The notes under the pieces: model-generated
What the model saw: the letters and a program-made list of their open reading frames with translations, nothing else
The model's database searches: none
Told to the model about the DNA's origin: nothing
Origin: a bacterium
Lineage (GTDB): Archaea > Thermoplasmatota > E2 > JACPAO01 > JAHFTW01
Direction of reading: 5' to 3'
Assembly (NCBI GenBank): GCA_040390065.1
Contig: JAZJZE010000009.1
Location: forward strand, 442,930-506,929
Length of the DNA: 64,000 nucleotides
Part shown: one piece after another, positions 1 to 9,643 of the stretch
How the letters are laid out: every line of letters starts with the position of its first letter
Numbering within the stretch: the stretch's first letter is position 1
Position numbers and translations under genes: made by a program

Positions 1-1
1 A

Positions 2-1174
2 CTCGCCGCAGGCGTCAACACCCCGGCGCGCCGCGTCATCATCCGCGACCTCACGCGCTTCGAGATGGGTGAAGGCAGCCGCCCCCTGCCGGTGATGGAG
101 GTCAAGCAGATGATGGGCCGCGCCGGCCGGCCGCGGTACGATCCCTTCGGCGAGGCAGTGCTTGTCGTCAAGTCCGAGGACCAACGCGACATGGTCGTCG
201 ACGCCTACCTGCGCGGCGACCCGGAGCCCGTCACCTCCAAGCTCGGAGCCGAGAGCCCGCTGCGCACGCACGTCCTGGCCAGCATCGCGGGCGGCTACTG
301 CGAATCCATCGCCGGATTGCAAGTGTTCTTCGGCGGCACGTTCTGGGCCAAGGAGACCGACGAATGGGTCGTGCAGGACAGGTTGGAGGACGTGGTCGGC
401 TTCCTGCAGGACAACGACTTCATCCAGCCGCAAGGCCAACGCCTCGTCGCAACGCCCTTCGGCCGGCGCACGAGCGACCTGTACATCGACCCGTTCTCGG
501 CCATGCGCATGCGCGAGGCGCTGGAGCACAAGGATGCCCAGCCCACGCCCTTCGGGTTGTTGCAGACGGTGGCGGGCTGCCCTGACCTCTTCCCACTGTA
601 CCTCAAGCAGGGCGACGACTGGGTGCAGGAGCGCTTCTGGCGCCACCACGAGGAACTCCTCGTCGCGGCCGACGGGCGCGACCTGGAAGGCGCCATGAGT
701 TTCGCCAAGACGGCGTTCCTGCTGCTGGACTGGATGGCCGAGATCCATCTGGATACACTGGAGGAGCGCTTCGGCATCGGGCCCGGCGACATCCGGATGC
801 GCTTGGACAACGGCTCCTGGCTGCTGCACGCGTTCCGCGAACTGGCACGCTCGCTGCGGCCCGATTGGGCGCCGGCCATCACGGAACTGGGACTTCGCCT
901 GGAGCACGGTATCAAGGAGGAACTGCTGCCGATGATCCGCCTGCGCGGCGTCGGCCGCATCCGGGCCCGTACGCTGTTTGCCGCCGGCTTCCGCACCCCC
1001 CAATCCCTCGCTGGCGCACCGGTCGAGCGCATCGCCGCCTTACCCGGCTTCGGCGTGAAACTCGCCACCGACATCCTGAAGCAGGTCGGCGACAAGCCTG
1101 GACCGATTCCGGAACCGCCCGCGCCCACCCCCGTCGACGCCGTCGGCCAGAGTTCCCTGAAGAGGTTCGAGTGA
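2..1174 (+). CDS. hel308: Ski2-like ATP-dependent DNA helicase Hel308 (5' end outside window)
   Basis: Frame is open from base 2 (LAAGVNTPARRVIIRD, motif V). Motif VI QMMGRAGRP, C-terminal HhH LRGVGRIRARTLF, and adjacent to cgi121 as in many archaea. Confidence 0.93.
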   Translation, partial: LAAGVNTPARRVIIRDLTRFEMGEGSRPLPVMEVKQMMGRAGRPRYDPFGEAVLVVKSEDQRDMVVDAYLRGDPEPVTSKLGAESPLRTHVLASIAGGYCESIAGLQVFFGGTFWAKETDEWVVQDRLEDVVGFLQDNDFIQPQGQRLVATPFGRRTSDLYIDPFSAMRMREALEHKDAQPTPFGLLQTVAGCPDLFPLYLKQGDDWVQERFWRHHEELLVAADGRDLEGAMSFAKTAFLLLDWMAEIHLDTLEERFGIGPGDIRMRLDNGSWLLHAFRELARSLRPDWAPAITELGLRLEHGIKEELLPMIRLRGVGRIRARTLFAAGFRTPQSLAGAPVERIAALPGFGVKLATDILKQVGDKPGPIPEPPAPTPVDAVGQSSLKRFE

Positions 1175-1695
1175 TGCACGACTACCCGGACGAGCAAGTC
1201 GCATTCGCTGCCCTACGCGGCCCCATCCGCCTCGAGGACGCGCTGTTCACGGCGCGCAAGTCCAACCGCATCGCACCACTGCAAGTCGTCCGGCATGACC
1301 GCGTCTTGGGCGCAGCCCACATCCGTAGCGCCGCCTTGCACGCCAACCGCGCGCAAGCCGAGGGGCGAATGCACGCCAAGTCCCTCGAGGTCGAGTTCGT
1401 GCGCTACTTGGCCGGTGAGCGGCAGATCTCGGATGCGCTTGCGAAGATGGGCTTGCCCGACTCGAAGGAAGGAAGCGACGGGGCCGTCGTCGTCGCCCTC
1501 GGCCCCAAGCGCATGGACGCCTTGCAACACTTCGTGCACACCCTTGGCCTCGTCGAGGACGACGGACTTGCGGCCGCGACGCCCACGAAGTTGTCGGCGT
1601 TCGGCGTCACGAAGGAGATGCTCGACGCGACGACGCCTGGAAAGGCCAACGATGTCGTCCTCGAGATGGTCGCCGCCGTGGACCTCATGCGCTAG
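1174..1695 (+). CDS. cgi121: KEOPS complex subunit Cgi121
   Basis: TGATG overlap with hel308 stop; motif AKSLEVEFVRYLAGERQISDALAKMGL typical of Cgi121. Confidence 0.85.
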   Translation: MHDYPDEQVAFAALRGPIRLEDALFTARKSNRIAPLQVVRHDRVLGAAHIRSAALHANRAQAEGRMHAKSLEVEFVRYLAGERQISDALAKMGLPDSKEGSDGAVVVALGPKRMDALQHFVHTLGLVEDDGLAAATPTKLSAFGVTKEMLDATTPGKANDVVLEMVAAVDLMR

Positions 1696-1711
1696 TTCAC
1701 GCCACGAGGTG

Positions 1712-3130
1712 CTACCGGCCATCCCACATGGCGACGACGCCCGCGTTGGCGTTGCTCTGGCTTGACGTGCCACCCGCCGCGGCGCAGGCTTCGACGCACG
1801 TGTCGACGAATGCGCCCCATGCCCTCATCTCTGGGTCGAAGGCCACGGAGATGAAGTCGAGGACGTTCTGGCAGCGCCCGGGACCGCATGGCCCGCGGAC
1901 GAGCGGGTCGCCGACGGGGCCGACGCGTGCCGTCCTGAACACGACGGGGTCCTGCGTGAAGTCCCCGATCGCCAGGTAGCCGTCCCAGACGGCCGACGCG
2001 TTGCCGAAGCCGCCCCCCGATTCGGTGCCGTAGTAGGCAACCGCGACGAGGCCCGGCGTCCCTGCAGCCATGGCCGGCAGGTTCCCCGCCGTGAGGTTGG
2101 CGGGAAGGATGCCGACGGGCGTCGACCAGGTCTTGCCGTGGTCGGTGCTGCGCGAGACGACGATGCCGCTTGCGTCGTCCATGAACGTCGCGTACAAGGA
2201 GTCGGCTTGATCGACGGCGATGGCCGGATCGATGGCCTCGGCCGCCGTCTTGGCGCCCCCGATGGAGCTGACCGTCCACGTCGTGCCATCGTCGATGGTC
2301 GCGCCGATCTGCACGACACCGCACTCGTTCTTCGGCAGGTACACGGTGCCGTCGCGGCCGGCCGCCAGGTGGCCGACCAAGCCGCTGCAGTCGTCCGGGA
2401 CGGGAAACGGCGCTGCGATGCCGGCGAAGGTGAGGCCGCCATCCGTGCTTTGGTTGCAGGCGACGGAGACGACCGTGCTCTCGCACAGGTACACGTAGTT
2501 CGGATAGAGCCCAGCTGGAAGCGTGAGTGGCGGCGACGCGACGAGGCTCGGGTGGTCCGTGAGCGGCGTCGGGCACGCGGGCACTGGCGGGTTCCACGAT
2601 TTCGCGCCATCCGTGCTGGTGGACAGGAGGTTGCAGCTGACACCCTGCTGGTCCAGCACGAAGAGCCGCCCAGTCAGCGGATCCTGGTAGAAGAAAGGGT
2701 CCGACGTGCTGGGCTGCGGCGAGGTGGAACGATCGGGCAAGCTGGGCGACACGTCGAGCCAGGTCTTGCCGCCGTCGTCGCTGCGCAGCAGGCCGGTGCG
2801 GATATCGCCAAACGCCTGGCCGGGCACGCTGGAGACCTCGAGCGACGTCACGTACACGCTGCCCCCGGACGTCACGGCCAGGGACGGTTCACCCGCGGCG
2901 TGACCGGTCGCAAAGAGCTGACCCTGACCGATTTGCGGCGCCGCGACGTTGACGCGCGGCGGCGCGGGCGGGGCGGGCGCGGACGTCGACGAGGACGAAT
3001 CGGACGATGACGTCTTGCCATGCCCCGCACAGCCGGCGAGCACGACGGCGACGACCATGACCGCGGAAAGTCCCCGAAGGCCCGGCACGGATGGTGCCAG
3101 GTGGAGGATGACGATTGAAGGTTTCGCCAT
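1712..3130 (-). CDS. BNR/Asp-box (sialidase-like) beta-propeller lipoprotein
   Basis: Lipobox-like VLAGC; repeated Asp-boxes SDDGGKTW, STDGAKSW, STDGGLTF, DDGTTW, STDHGKTW. Start uncertain (3130 or 3058). Confidence 0.75.
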   Translation of the reverse strand: MAKPSIVILHLAPSVPGLRGLSAVMVVAVVLAGCAGHGKTSSSDSSSSTSAPAPPAPPRVNVAAPQIGQGQLFATGHAAGEPSLAVTSGGSVYVTSLEVSSVPGQAFGDIRTGLLRSDDGGKTWLDVSPSLPDRSTSPQPSTSDPFFYQDPLTGRLFVLDQQGVSCNLLSTSTDGAKSWNPPVPACPTPLTDHPSLVASPPLTLPAGLYPNYVYLCESTVVSVACNQSTDGGLTFAGIAAPFPVPDDCSGLVGHLAAGRDGTVYLPKNECGVVQIGATIDDGTTWTVSSIGGAKTAAEAIDPAIAVDQADSLYATFMDDASGIVVSRSTDHGKTWSTPVGILPANLTAGNLPAMAAGTPGLVAVAYYGTESGGGFGNASAVWDGYLAIGDFTQDPVVFRTARVGPVGDPLVRGPCGPGRCQNVLDFISVAFDPEMRAWGAFVDTCVEACAAAGGTSSQSNANAGVVAMWDGR

Positions 3131-3253
3131 GGCACCCCCTCGCGCACGGCAATGGCCGACATGGGTCGCCTCTCGGGCCCGACGTAGCCAACGCGTTTTC
3201 AATGCCCCATCCCATCGAGCCGGATTGGCCGCAGGGTGGCCGCTGGTGGTTGT

Positions 3254-4762
3254 GTGAAGCTGCAAACGATTGTTGGAACATGCGTGATCTTAGCTGCATT
3301 CGTGCCGGCCGTGCCTGCCGCGTCGGCGGCTCCTTGGGCCCAGCTCAGCGAGGGCTGCCAGGCAGGAGTCAATGGCACGGGCGGGCCCGTCATCCTTGGG
3401 CCGGCGACCGTCGACGGATCGGACCAAAAGGTCTGCATCGACCCGGACGACCCGGGGGCCTGCGTCGACGGCACTGCCAGTGTCCTAGCCGCCGTTCCCG
3501 GCGCCGATGCATCCCTCACGTACGCCGGAGCCTGCCACGGCGACGGGGCCGCCTGCGACGACATGATCGTGGTGGGACATGCCGACGTCGCGAGCGTCCC
3601 AGCCACAGGCTACGTCCACGACTTCCTCGAGTACAAGCAGTGCGGCCACGCCCCCGGCGTCGGCACCCAATGCGCCCCGATGGTGCATTTCGACACGCCG
3701 GTCGGGACCATCGACGACTCTGCCCTCGTCTACGGGTGTTCGACGCCGGCCTGCGCGGGGCAGCTCCTTGCCTACTTCACGTACGTCGTCCTGTGCTGGC
3801 CGAACGGCTTCGGGTACTGCCCCGAAGGCCTTGGTATCGTGACTCCGGTCGGGCCGTTTTGCGCCGACGTCGACTTCTGTCCCGCGCCGACGCAAGGCGT
3901 CGTCGTCATGGGCACGCCCGTCTGCGAGACGGCCCCCGTGGCGTGCGCCTTGCCGGCCATCGGCATCGAACCGGATTGCCACGCGCCATGCACCGCTCCT
4001 GACGTGGGATACGAACCGGCCTGCGTGACGCCGCCGGTGCCATGCACGCTCCCCGAAATCGGCGTCGAGCCTGACTGCCTCGTGCCGTGCACGCCGCCCG
4101 ATGTCGGCGTCGAGCCTGACTGCACGACGCCACCCACGCCATGCACACCGCCGCAAGTCGGACTTGAGCCCGACTGCACGGTGCCCTGCACGCCGCCGGA
4201 TGTCGGCGTGGAGCCTGACTGCACGACGCCCCCGACTCCTTGCACACCGCCGCAAGTCGGACTCGAGCCCGACTGCCAGACTCCCTGCACACCCCCCGAT
4301 GTCGGCTTCGAGCCCGACTGCTCGGGGCCGCCGACGCCCTGCACGTTCCCGGAGATTGGCATTGAGCCGGATTGCATGGTGCCTTGTGCGGCGCCGGACG
4401 TCGGCTACGAGCCGAATTGTGTGACGCCGCCGGTTCCGTGCACGCCGCCTGCCGTCGGCCTCGAACCTGACTGCCTGGTTCCGTGCACGCCGCCGGACGT
4501 TGGCTTCCAGCCGGACTGCCAGCCAGCGGACGACGATGCGGACGATGACGGCGTCTCCGATGCTGTGGACAATTGTCCGGGCGTCCCGAACGGTGACCAA
4601 GCCGACCAAGACGGCGACGGCGTCGGCGATGCCTGCGACCCTGACGATGACGGCGACGGCATCCCGGACGACTTGGAGCCTACGCTATGCGCCAACGAGA
4701 ACCCCCTGACGCCCCTTGACGGGACGTGTGTCGGCGACGACTATACGCCGCCGCACCCGTGA
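3254..4762 (+). CDS. Secreted Cys/Pro-rich repeat protein with C-terminal thrombospondin type-3-like Ca-binding repeats
   Basis: Signal peptide after GTG 3254; 12 CxxPxxGxEPDC-type units; DxDxDG repeats ([36 protein letters not shown]). Confidence 0.8.
   Translation: MKLQTIVGTCVILAAFVPAVPAASAAPWAQLSEGCQAGVNGTGGPVILGPATVDGSDQKVCIDPDDPGACVDGTASVLAAVPGADASLTYAGACHGDGAACDDMIVVGHADVASVPATGYVHDFLEYKQCGHAPGVGTQCAPMVHFDTPVGTIDDSALVYGCSTPACAGQLLAYFTYVVLCWPNGFGYCPEGLGIVTPVGPFCADVDFCPAPTQGVVVMGTPVCETAPVACALPAIGIEPDCHAPCTAPDVGYEPACVTPPVPCTLPEIGVEPDCLVPCTPPDVGVEPDCTTPPTPCTPPQVGLEPDCTVPCTPPDVGVEPDCTTPPTPCTPPQVGLEPDCQTPCTPPDVGFEPDCSGPPTPCTFPEIGIEPDCMVPCAAPDVGYEPNCVTPPVPCTPPAVGLEPDCLVPCTPPDVGFQPDCQPADDDADDDGVSDAVDNCPGVPNGDQADQDGDGVGDACDPDDDGDGIPDDLEPTLCANENPLTPLDGTCVGDDYTPPHP
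3923..4519 (+). repeat. Intragenic tandem repeat, about 99-bp (33-aa) super-unit x6 made of alternating 18- and 15-aa units
   Basis: Units such as [18 protein letters not shown] / [15 protein letters not shown]; 4082-4180 and 4181-4279 are near-identical 99-bp copies. Confidence 0.9.
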
Positions 4763-4913
4763 GGTGGTCCGGACACATGCAGACGGGCAACGACAGGCGC
4801 GCAACGGACCCACAGCCCTCGGCCGCAGGCCGTGGACAGGGCCGAAGCCGTCAGGCCGACAGGTCCGAAGGCGGGAGCCTCGCTTTCGACTGAGCCGAGC
4901 GAAGGAGAAAGAG

Positions 4914-4987
4914 CGGGCCCAGAGGGATTTGAACCCTCGTCGCAGGCTCCGCAAGCCTAAAGGATATCCAAGCTACCCCATGGGCCC
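4914..4987 (-). tRNA. tRNA-Arg(GCG)
   Basis: Reverse complement GGGCCCATGGGGTAGCTTGGATATCCTTTAGGCTTGCGGAGCCTGCGACGAGGGTTCAAATCCCTCTGGGCCCG folds as a cloverleaf; anticodon GCG; T-loop TTCAAAT; CCA not encoded. Confidence 0.93.
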
Positions 4988-5256
4988 GTATTGCGGATGA
5001 TGCGGCGACTTAGGGTTTCTACTTAAGCGTGTCCGAAGGGCAGTCGCCTAGCGCGGGTGGCTTGGATCGAGTGGCGCGGCCAGTTGCTCGACGTGGCCGC
5101 AGACCCGGCACTTGCACGAGCCTGGGCCCGTGATGTCGTGCCGGCGGACCTCTTGGCAGCGTGGGCACCATGCGTCGAGTGCCTCCTCCCCGGCCATACC
5201 ATTGTTTGGTCTGGTCGCGGCTTAAGGCTTCGTGTGGTGCGGCGGCGCCGCCGCCA

Positions 5257-5262
5257 TTATGA
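5257..5262 (+). promoter_or_regulatory. Putative TATA box for leaderless gcvT
   Basis: TTATGA in GC-rich context, 28 nt before GTG 5285. Confidence 0.45.
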
Positions 5263-5284
5263 TGCCGCCCCCGCTCGCCGCGGC

Positions 5285-6340
5285 GTGGCCCTCCGGACCG
5301 CCTTGTACGACACGCACGCCGCAGCCGGCGCCACCTTCGTGGAGTTCGCGGGCTACGACATGCCCGTGCATTACGGCTCCATCAAGGAGGAGCACTTCGC
5401 GGTGCGGCAGGGCGTCGGGTTGTTCGACGTCAGCCACATGTCGAACCTATGGGTGACGGGGCCGGCGGCTGCCGCGGCGCTCGCCAAGGTGACGCCGTCG
5501 GATCCGGCAGGCGGGCCGGTTGGCAAGGGCAAGTACACCGTTTTCCTCAATCCGGACGGCACCATCCTCGATGACACGTTCTGGTTCAAGATGGATGCGG
5601 AGCGTTTCTTCGTCATCCCGAATGCCGGCCGCAACGTCGCCGCGTGCGACTTGCTGCGCGCGCACGGCAAGGCGACCGTCCACGATGTGACGCGCGACTG
5701 GTCCATCCTCGCCCTGCAAGGCCCCAAGGCCAAGGAAGTCCTGGCGGCGGCATCCGCGTCCGCCCCGCCCAAGTTCCACCACATCACCGAGATGGAGGTC
5801 GGCGGCGCCGGCTGCCTCGTCTCCGGGACGGGCTACACGGGCGAGAAGGGCGTCGAACTCTACGTCCCCGTCAAGGAGTCCAAGCGTGTCTGGGACCATC
5901 TCATGGCCGCGGGCAAGGCGCACGGCATCCGGCCAATCGGGCTTGGTGCCCGCGATACCCTGCGGTTGGAGAAGGGCTACTGCCTCGCCGGCAACGAGTT
6001 CGCGGGCGGACGCACACCCATCGAGGCGGGGCTCGAGTGGACGATGGACTGGAACGGCGACTTCCTCGCAAAGGCCCGTCTCCTTGCGCAGAAACAGTCC
6101 GGCGACTACGCTCGGCTCGTGGGCCTGCGGCAGGAGAAGGGCATCCCGCGCCACGGCTACAAGGTGCAACGCGGCGACGGCGCGACCATCGGCGAGGTCA
6201 CGTCCGGGACGCTGAGCCCGACGCTGAACGTGGGCATCGCCCTCGGCTACGTCAAGGGGGCCGGCCTGGGCGACGAGGTCGCCGTGGACGTCCGCGGCAA
6301 GCCCCAATCCGCGACGATCGTGAAGACGCCGTTTGTCTGA
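5285..6340 (+). CDS. gcvT: Glycine cleavage system aminomethyltransferase T
   Basis: RTALYDTH...FAGYDMPVHY, LFDVSHM, TGYTGEKGVE, GLGARDTLRLEKG. Confidence 0.95.
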   Translation: MALRTALYDTHAAAGATFVEFAGYDMPVHYGSIKEEHFAVRQGVGLFDVSHMSNLWVTGPAAAAALAKVTPSDPAGGPVGKGKYTVFLNPDGTILDDTFWFKMDAERFFVIPNAGRNVAACDLLRAHGKATVHDVTRDWSILALQGPKAKEVLAAASASAPPKFHHITEMEVGGAGCLVSGTGYTGEKGVELYVPVKESKRVWDHLMAAGKAHGIRPIGLGARDTLRLEKGYCLAGNEFAGGRTPIEAGLEWTMDWNGDFLAKARLLAQKQSGDYARLVGLRQEKGIPRHGYKVQRGDGATIGEVTSGTLSPTLNVGIALGYVKGAGLGDEVAVDVRGKPQSATIVKTPFV

Positions 6341-6348
6341 GGATCGCG

Positions 6349-7089
6349 TCACGGGCGACGTGGGGGAGCCGGTGGACGAGGCGGGGCGCGGACGCCCGCA
6401 GCCGTCGTCGCATCTCCCTGCAGCCGTCCATCGGCCATCGTGTAGGAACGGTCCGCCTGCTGGGCCATGGCCGTATCGTGGGTCACGGCGATGACGGTCA
6501 TGTCCTCGCTGCGGGCGAGGCGCTTCATCAGGTCGATGATGCGTTTGCCGGTCTCGCTGTCGAGGTTGCCCGTGGGTTCGTCGGCAAGGATCAGTTTCGG
6601 TTTGTTGGCCAAGGCACGCGCGATGGCGACGCGTTGCTGCTCGCCGCCCGACAGCTTCCCGGGGCGCTTGTCGTGCTTGTCCGCATCGAGGCCGACGAGG
6701 TCGAGCATGATCTTCGCGCGCTTGACGCGGCGGCCTGGGGCAAGACCCGCGAACTCCATGGGCAGCATGACGTTCTGGATGGCCGTCATGTTGGGGACAA
6801 GGTTGTAGGCCTGGAAGACGAACCCCACCTTCTCGCAGCGTACCTTGCGCAAACCGCCTGCCCCGAGCTTCGTGATGTCCACGCCGTCAATCGTGACCGT
6901 ACCCGATGTCGGGCTGTCCAGCGCGCCGAGCAGAGACAGGAGCGTGCTCTTGCCCGAGCCGGACTTGCCGACAATGGCGACGAAGGACTTCTCGGGAATC
7001 TCCAGGCTGATACCGGCGACGGCGTCCACGGGTCCCGCTGGGGTCTCGAAGCGCTTGCGCACGTCGCGGACGGAGATCACGTCACTCAC
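6349..7089 (-). CDS. ABC transporter ATP-binding protein (LolD/MacB-type)
   Basis: Walker A GKSGSGKS, signature [15 protein letters not shown], Walker [14 protein letters not shown]-loop VTHD. Confidence 0.93.
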   Translation of the reverse strand: MSDVISVRDVRKRFETPAGPVDAVAGISLEIPEKSFVAIVGKSGSGKSTLLSLLGALDSPTSGTVTIDGVDITKLGAGGLRKVRCEKVGFVFQAYNLVPNMTAIQNVMLPMEFAGLAPGRRVKRAKIMLDLVGLDADKHDKRPGKLSGGEQQRVAIARALANKPKLILADEPTGNLDSETGKRIIDLMKRLARSEDMTVIAVTHDTAMAQQADRSYTMADGRLQGDATTAAGVRAPPRPPAPPRRP

Positions 7090-8497
7090 CTCGCAGGACT
7101 TCGGACGGACGGATGCGTGAGATTGCCCATGAAGGGATGGCGCTGCCGAGGACGGCGATGCCGACCACGACGGCCAGGCCGACGAGCAACAGGACCGGGT
7201 CGATATGCGTCTGCACTGTCGGGGCCGGAAGTTGCACGGCGGGGCCGCCCGCGAAGCCGCCGAATCGGCCACCCGGACCGCCTGCCATGACCGGGCTGGG
7301 CGTCGCCTGGGCGTTGGCCTTCACGAGGATGTTGGCGACGCCGTTGCCGCTCAGCAGCCCGACGACGCCACCGACGAGGGCGGCCAGAATGGCGAATGTC
7401 AGGGCTTCTGCGACGAACTGGCTTACCACACGCGCACCCGAGGCACCGATGGCCTTGAGGACGCCAATCTCGCGGCGGCGTTCGCGCACGATCATGAACA
7501 TCGTCAGAAGGATGATGACGCCGCTTGCCGCTACGGCGCCGACCATGCTCGACGCGGCGATGCCGCTGATGGTGGAGAGCGAAGCCTCCTGCGCCTGGTC
7601 AGCGGTCTGGATGGCCTGCGTCACGGCCTGCGCGCTGTCGGCTTGGCTGGTCACGTCGATGTCGCTGCCCACGACGACGCGAACGGCCGCGAGCGTGGCG
7701 TTCAGGTTCTGCGGCGAGTCCACGACGGCGACCGCCTGGGACACGACGCCGACGTTGTTGGTGAGCGCCTGAAGGGTTCCGAGACCCGTGACGGCGCCCC
7801 GGTTGTTGAACTGGGTGCCCGTGTCGAAGATGCCGGTCACCGTGAGGCTCACGCCGTACAAACTGACGGACGAGCCGGGCACAAGGTTGTTGGACTTGGC
7901 AAGCACGCAGCCGAGCAGGATCGAGGAGGAATCCGTCTTGGGGTTGAACGCGCTGCCTTGCGTGATGGCGACCGTGCCGCCGCCGCTGCCGGCGATGACG
8001 TTGAGGTCATCCGCGCCGAGGACGGAGACGCCGGGAGCAAAACCGCGGCCGCCGTCGCCGCCGGTTTGGGGCGGTGGCACGTCGCACGGGCCAAGCGAGG
8101 CCTGAGCCCGGCCGCCAAACCCGCCGGAAACGGGGACGAGGCTGGTGTTGGTCGCCGGGACCTGGCGGATGAGGAGTTGCGCGAGTTCGGTCACGTGGGG
8201 AACGAATGCCGCATCCGTGATGTTCGCCTGCAGCATCGTTGCTTGACCGCCAAAGCCGCCAAAGGCACCGCCTCCGCTTGCCGGGCGCAGTTGCAACGAA
8301 TTGGCAAACGCCCCATTGACGTTGGCGATGCGCGCGTCCGCGGCCGACCGCGCGTCCCCGATGCTGTGGTCGACGGCGGCACGCGACATGGCCATGGTGA
8401 GCGCCAGGCCTAGGCTCAGGCCGAGGATCATCGTGACCGCGAGTGCACGGCCGGGGTTGCGCAGCGCGTTCTTGGCGCCGCGGGCGATGGCGCTCAT
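7082..8497 (-). CDS. ABC transporter permease, FtsX/MacB family
   Basis: N-terminal KNALRNPGRALAV + TM, large extracellular domain, VRERRREIGVLKAIGA, C-terminal RIRPSEVLR. Confidence 0.9.
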   Translation of the reverse strand: MSAIARGAKNALRNPGRALAVTMILGLSLGLALTMAMSRAAVDHSIGDARSAADARIANVNGAFANSLQLRPASGGGAFGGFGGQATMLQANITDAAFVPHVTELAQLLIRQVPATNTSLVPVSGGFGGRAQASLGPCDVPPPQTGGDGGRGFAPGVSVLGADDLNVIAGSGGGTVAITQGSAFNPKTDSSSILLGCVLAKSNNLVPGSSVSLYGVSLTVTGIFDTGTQFNNRGAVTGLGTLQALTNNVGVVSQAVAVVDSPQNLNATLAAVRVVVGSDIDVTSQADSAQAVTQAIQTADQAQEASLSTISGIAASSMVGAVAASGVIILLTMFMIVRERRREIGVLKAIGASGARVVSQFVAEALTFAILAALVGGVVGLLSGNGVANILVKANAQATPSPVMAGGPGGRFGGFAGGPAVQLPAPTVQTHIDPVLLLVGLAVVVGIAVLGSAIPSWAISRIRPSEVLRGE

Positions 8498-8604
8498 GGC
8501 ATGCCTCGGGGATTTCGCATGAGGCTGCCAGAGCCGCGCCGGGAGGAGCCTTCCGAACAATTCCTCCAGCACCGGTAAATACACCGCCTCCTGCATGGCC
8601 CGGC

Positions 8605-9297
8605 GTGGACTTGGACGCCTTTCTGCGCGCCCTGCCGGGCGCCTCCGTGCAACTTGCCTCCGCCGTCGTGGCGGGCTACGGCGCCGTCCGATGCCTTCGA
8701 CTGCAACGTTTTGCCAAGGACCGCCGCCTCACCGCCTTGGCGTGGTTCTTTGCGCTCTTTGCCGGCGCCGTGTTCCTGCAGGCCGCGTGGCAGATGCAAT
8801 TGGGAACACCCCCGACGGATTTCGGGCCAAGCCGGCATGACCCCGCCTTCAACGTGACCGACCGCGAGCATTTCGGACCCGGACTCTTTCGGCCCGAAGG
8901 CCCGGAGAACGTCAACATCCTCGTGGTCGGAGCGCATGCCCTGATGCTTGCCAGCCTCGTGGTGGGAGTCTGGGCCTTCGGGCATCGTCGGCCGCCTGCC
9001 GCGCTCACGATGGCCGCGTTCATTCCCTTCGCTGCCGTGGGCGAGTGGCTTCCCGCCATGCTCGCACTCGAAGCGGGCCTGGCACTCTACCTCGCCGCAC
9101 GCGCCTTCGTCAACCACGTCGAACGCCGCAGCGCCGGCGCCGTCCAGGTCGCGATTGGCTTCTTCCTGTTCTTTGCTGGCCACTTGCTGTTTACCCTGCT
9201 GCACCAGCCCGGCATGGGCCGGACCGGGATGGGCGACGTGCTCGGCCTTGTCGGCATCGTGCTCCTCGTGCAAGTCCTGCCGGGGCCCAGGGAATGA
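8605..9297 (+). CDS. Multi-pass membrane protein (about 6-7 TM), possible sensor
   Basis: Series of hydrophobic helices; overlaps downstream wHTH gene (ATGA); divergent from the ABC operon. Confidence 0.7.
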   Translation: MDLDAFLRALPGASVQLASAVVAGYGAVRCLRLQRFAKDRRLTALAWFFALFAGAVFLQAAWQMQLGTPPTDFGPSRHDPAFNVTDREHFGPGLFRPEGPENVNILVVGAHALMLASLVVGVWAFGHRRPPAALTMAAFIPFAAVGEWLPAMLALEAGLALYLAARAFVNHVERRSAGAVQVAIGFFLFFAGHLLFTLLHQPGMGRTGMGDVLGLVGIVLLVQVLPGPRE

Positions 9298-9572
9298 CGA
9301 AGCCGTACAGGTCGCGCGGTCGCGTCGTCGCCGAGATCCTGGCGACAATCCAGGGCGAGGGCCCCGTCGGGGTGACGCGCCTTACAACGGTCGTGAACCT
9401 CACGCACGCGCGGGTCCAGGAGCATCTGGCCGACTTCGAAGCGCACGGCCTGATTGAGAGCCAAGCCGATGGCGAACGAATCACATGGACCATGACGGCG
9501 CGCGGCAACCAGGCGCTCGAGGAACTGCGCCGCATCGACCGCGCCATGCAGGACTTCGGGATCAACCTCTAG
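9294..9572 (+). CDS. Winged helix-turn-helix transcription regulator (small archaeal type)
   Basis: YRSRGRVVAEILATI...TRLTTVVNLTHARVQEHLADFEAHGLI...WTMTARGNQAL pattern. Confidence 0.85.
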   Translation: MTKPYRSRGRVVAEILATIQGEGPVGVTRLTTVVNLTHARVQEHLADFEAHGLIESQADGERITWTMTARGNQALEELRRIDRAMQDFGINL

Positions 9573-9643
9573 ACGGTTGTCCTAGACGAGTTGTTCGGAG
9601 GCGACATGGCCGACGGCCGCCGTGGCGGTGTTGAGTGATCCTC

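Noticed and set aside
4763-4913. att site or integrated element at tRNA-Arg; CTTCGCTCGGC motif shared with the tRNA-Tyr spacer
   Set aside because: No duplicate of the tRNA-Arg 3' end and no integrase seen; an 11-bp match in GC-rich DNA is too weak to call a repeat family.
5057-5284. 76-aa in-frame N-terminal extension of GcvT
   Set aside because: GcvT homology begins at VALRTALY (5285) and a TATA-like TTATGA lies 28 nt before it; most likely chance open frame.
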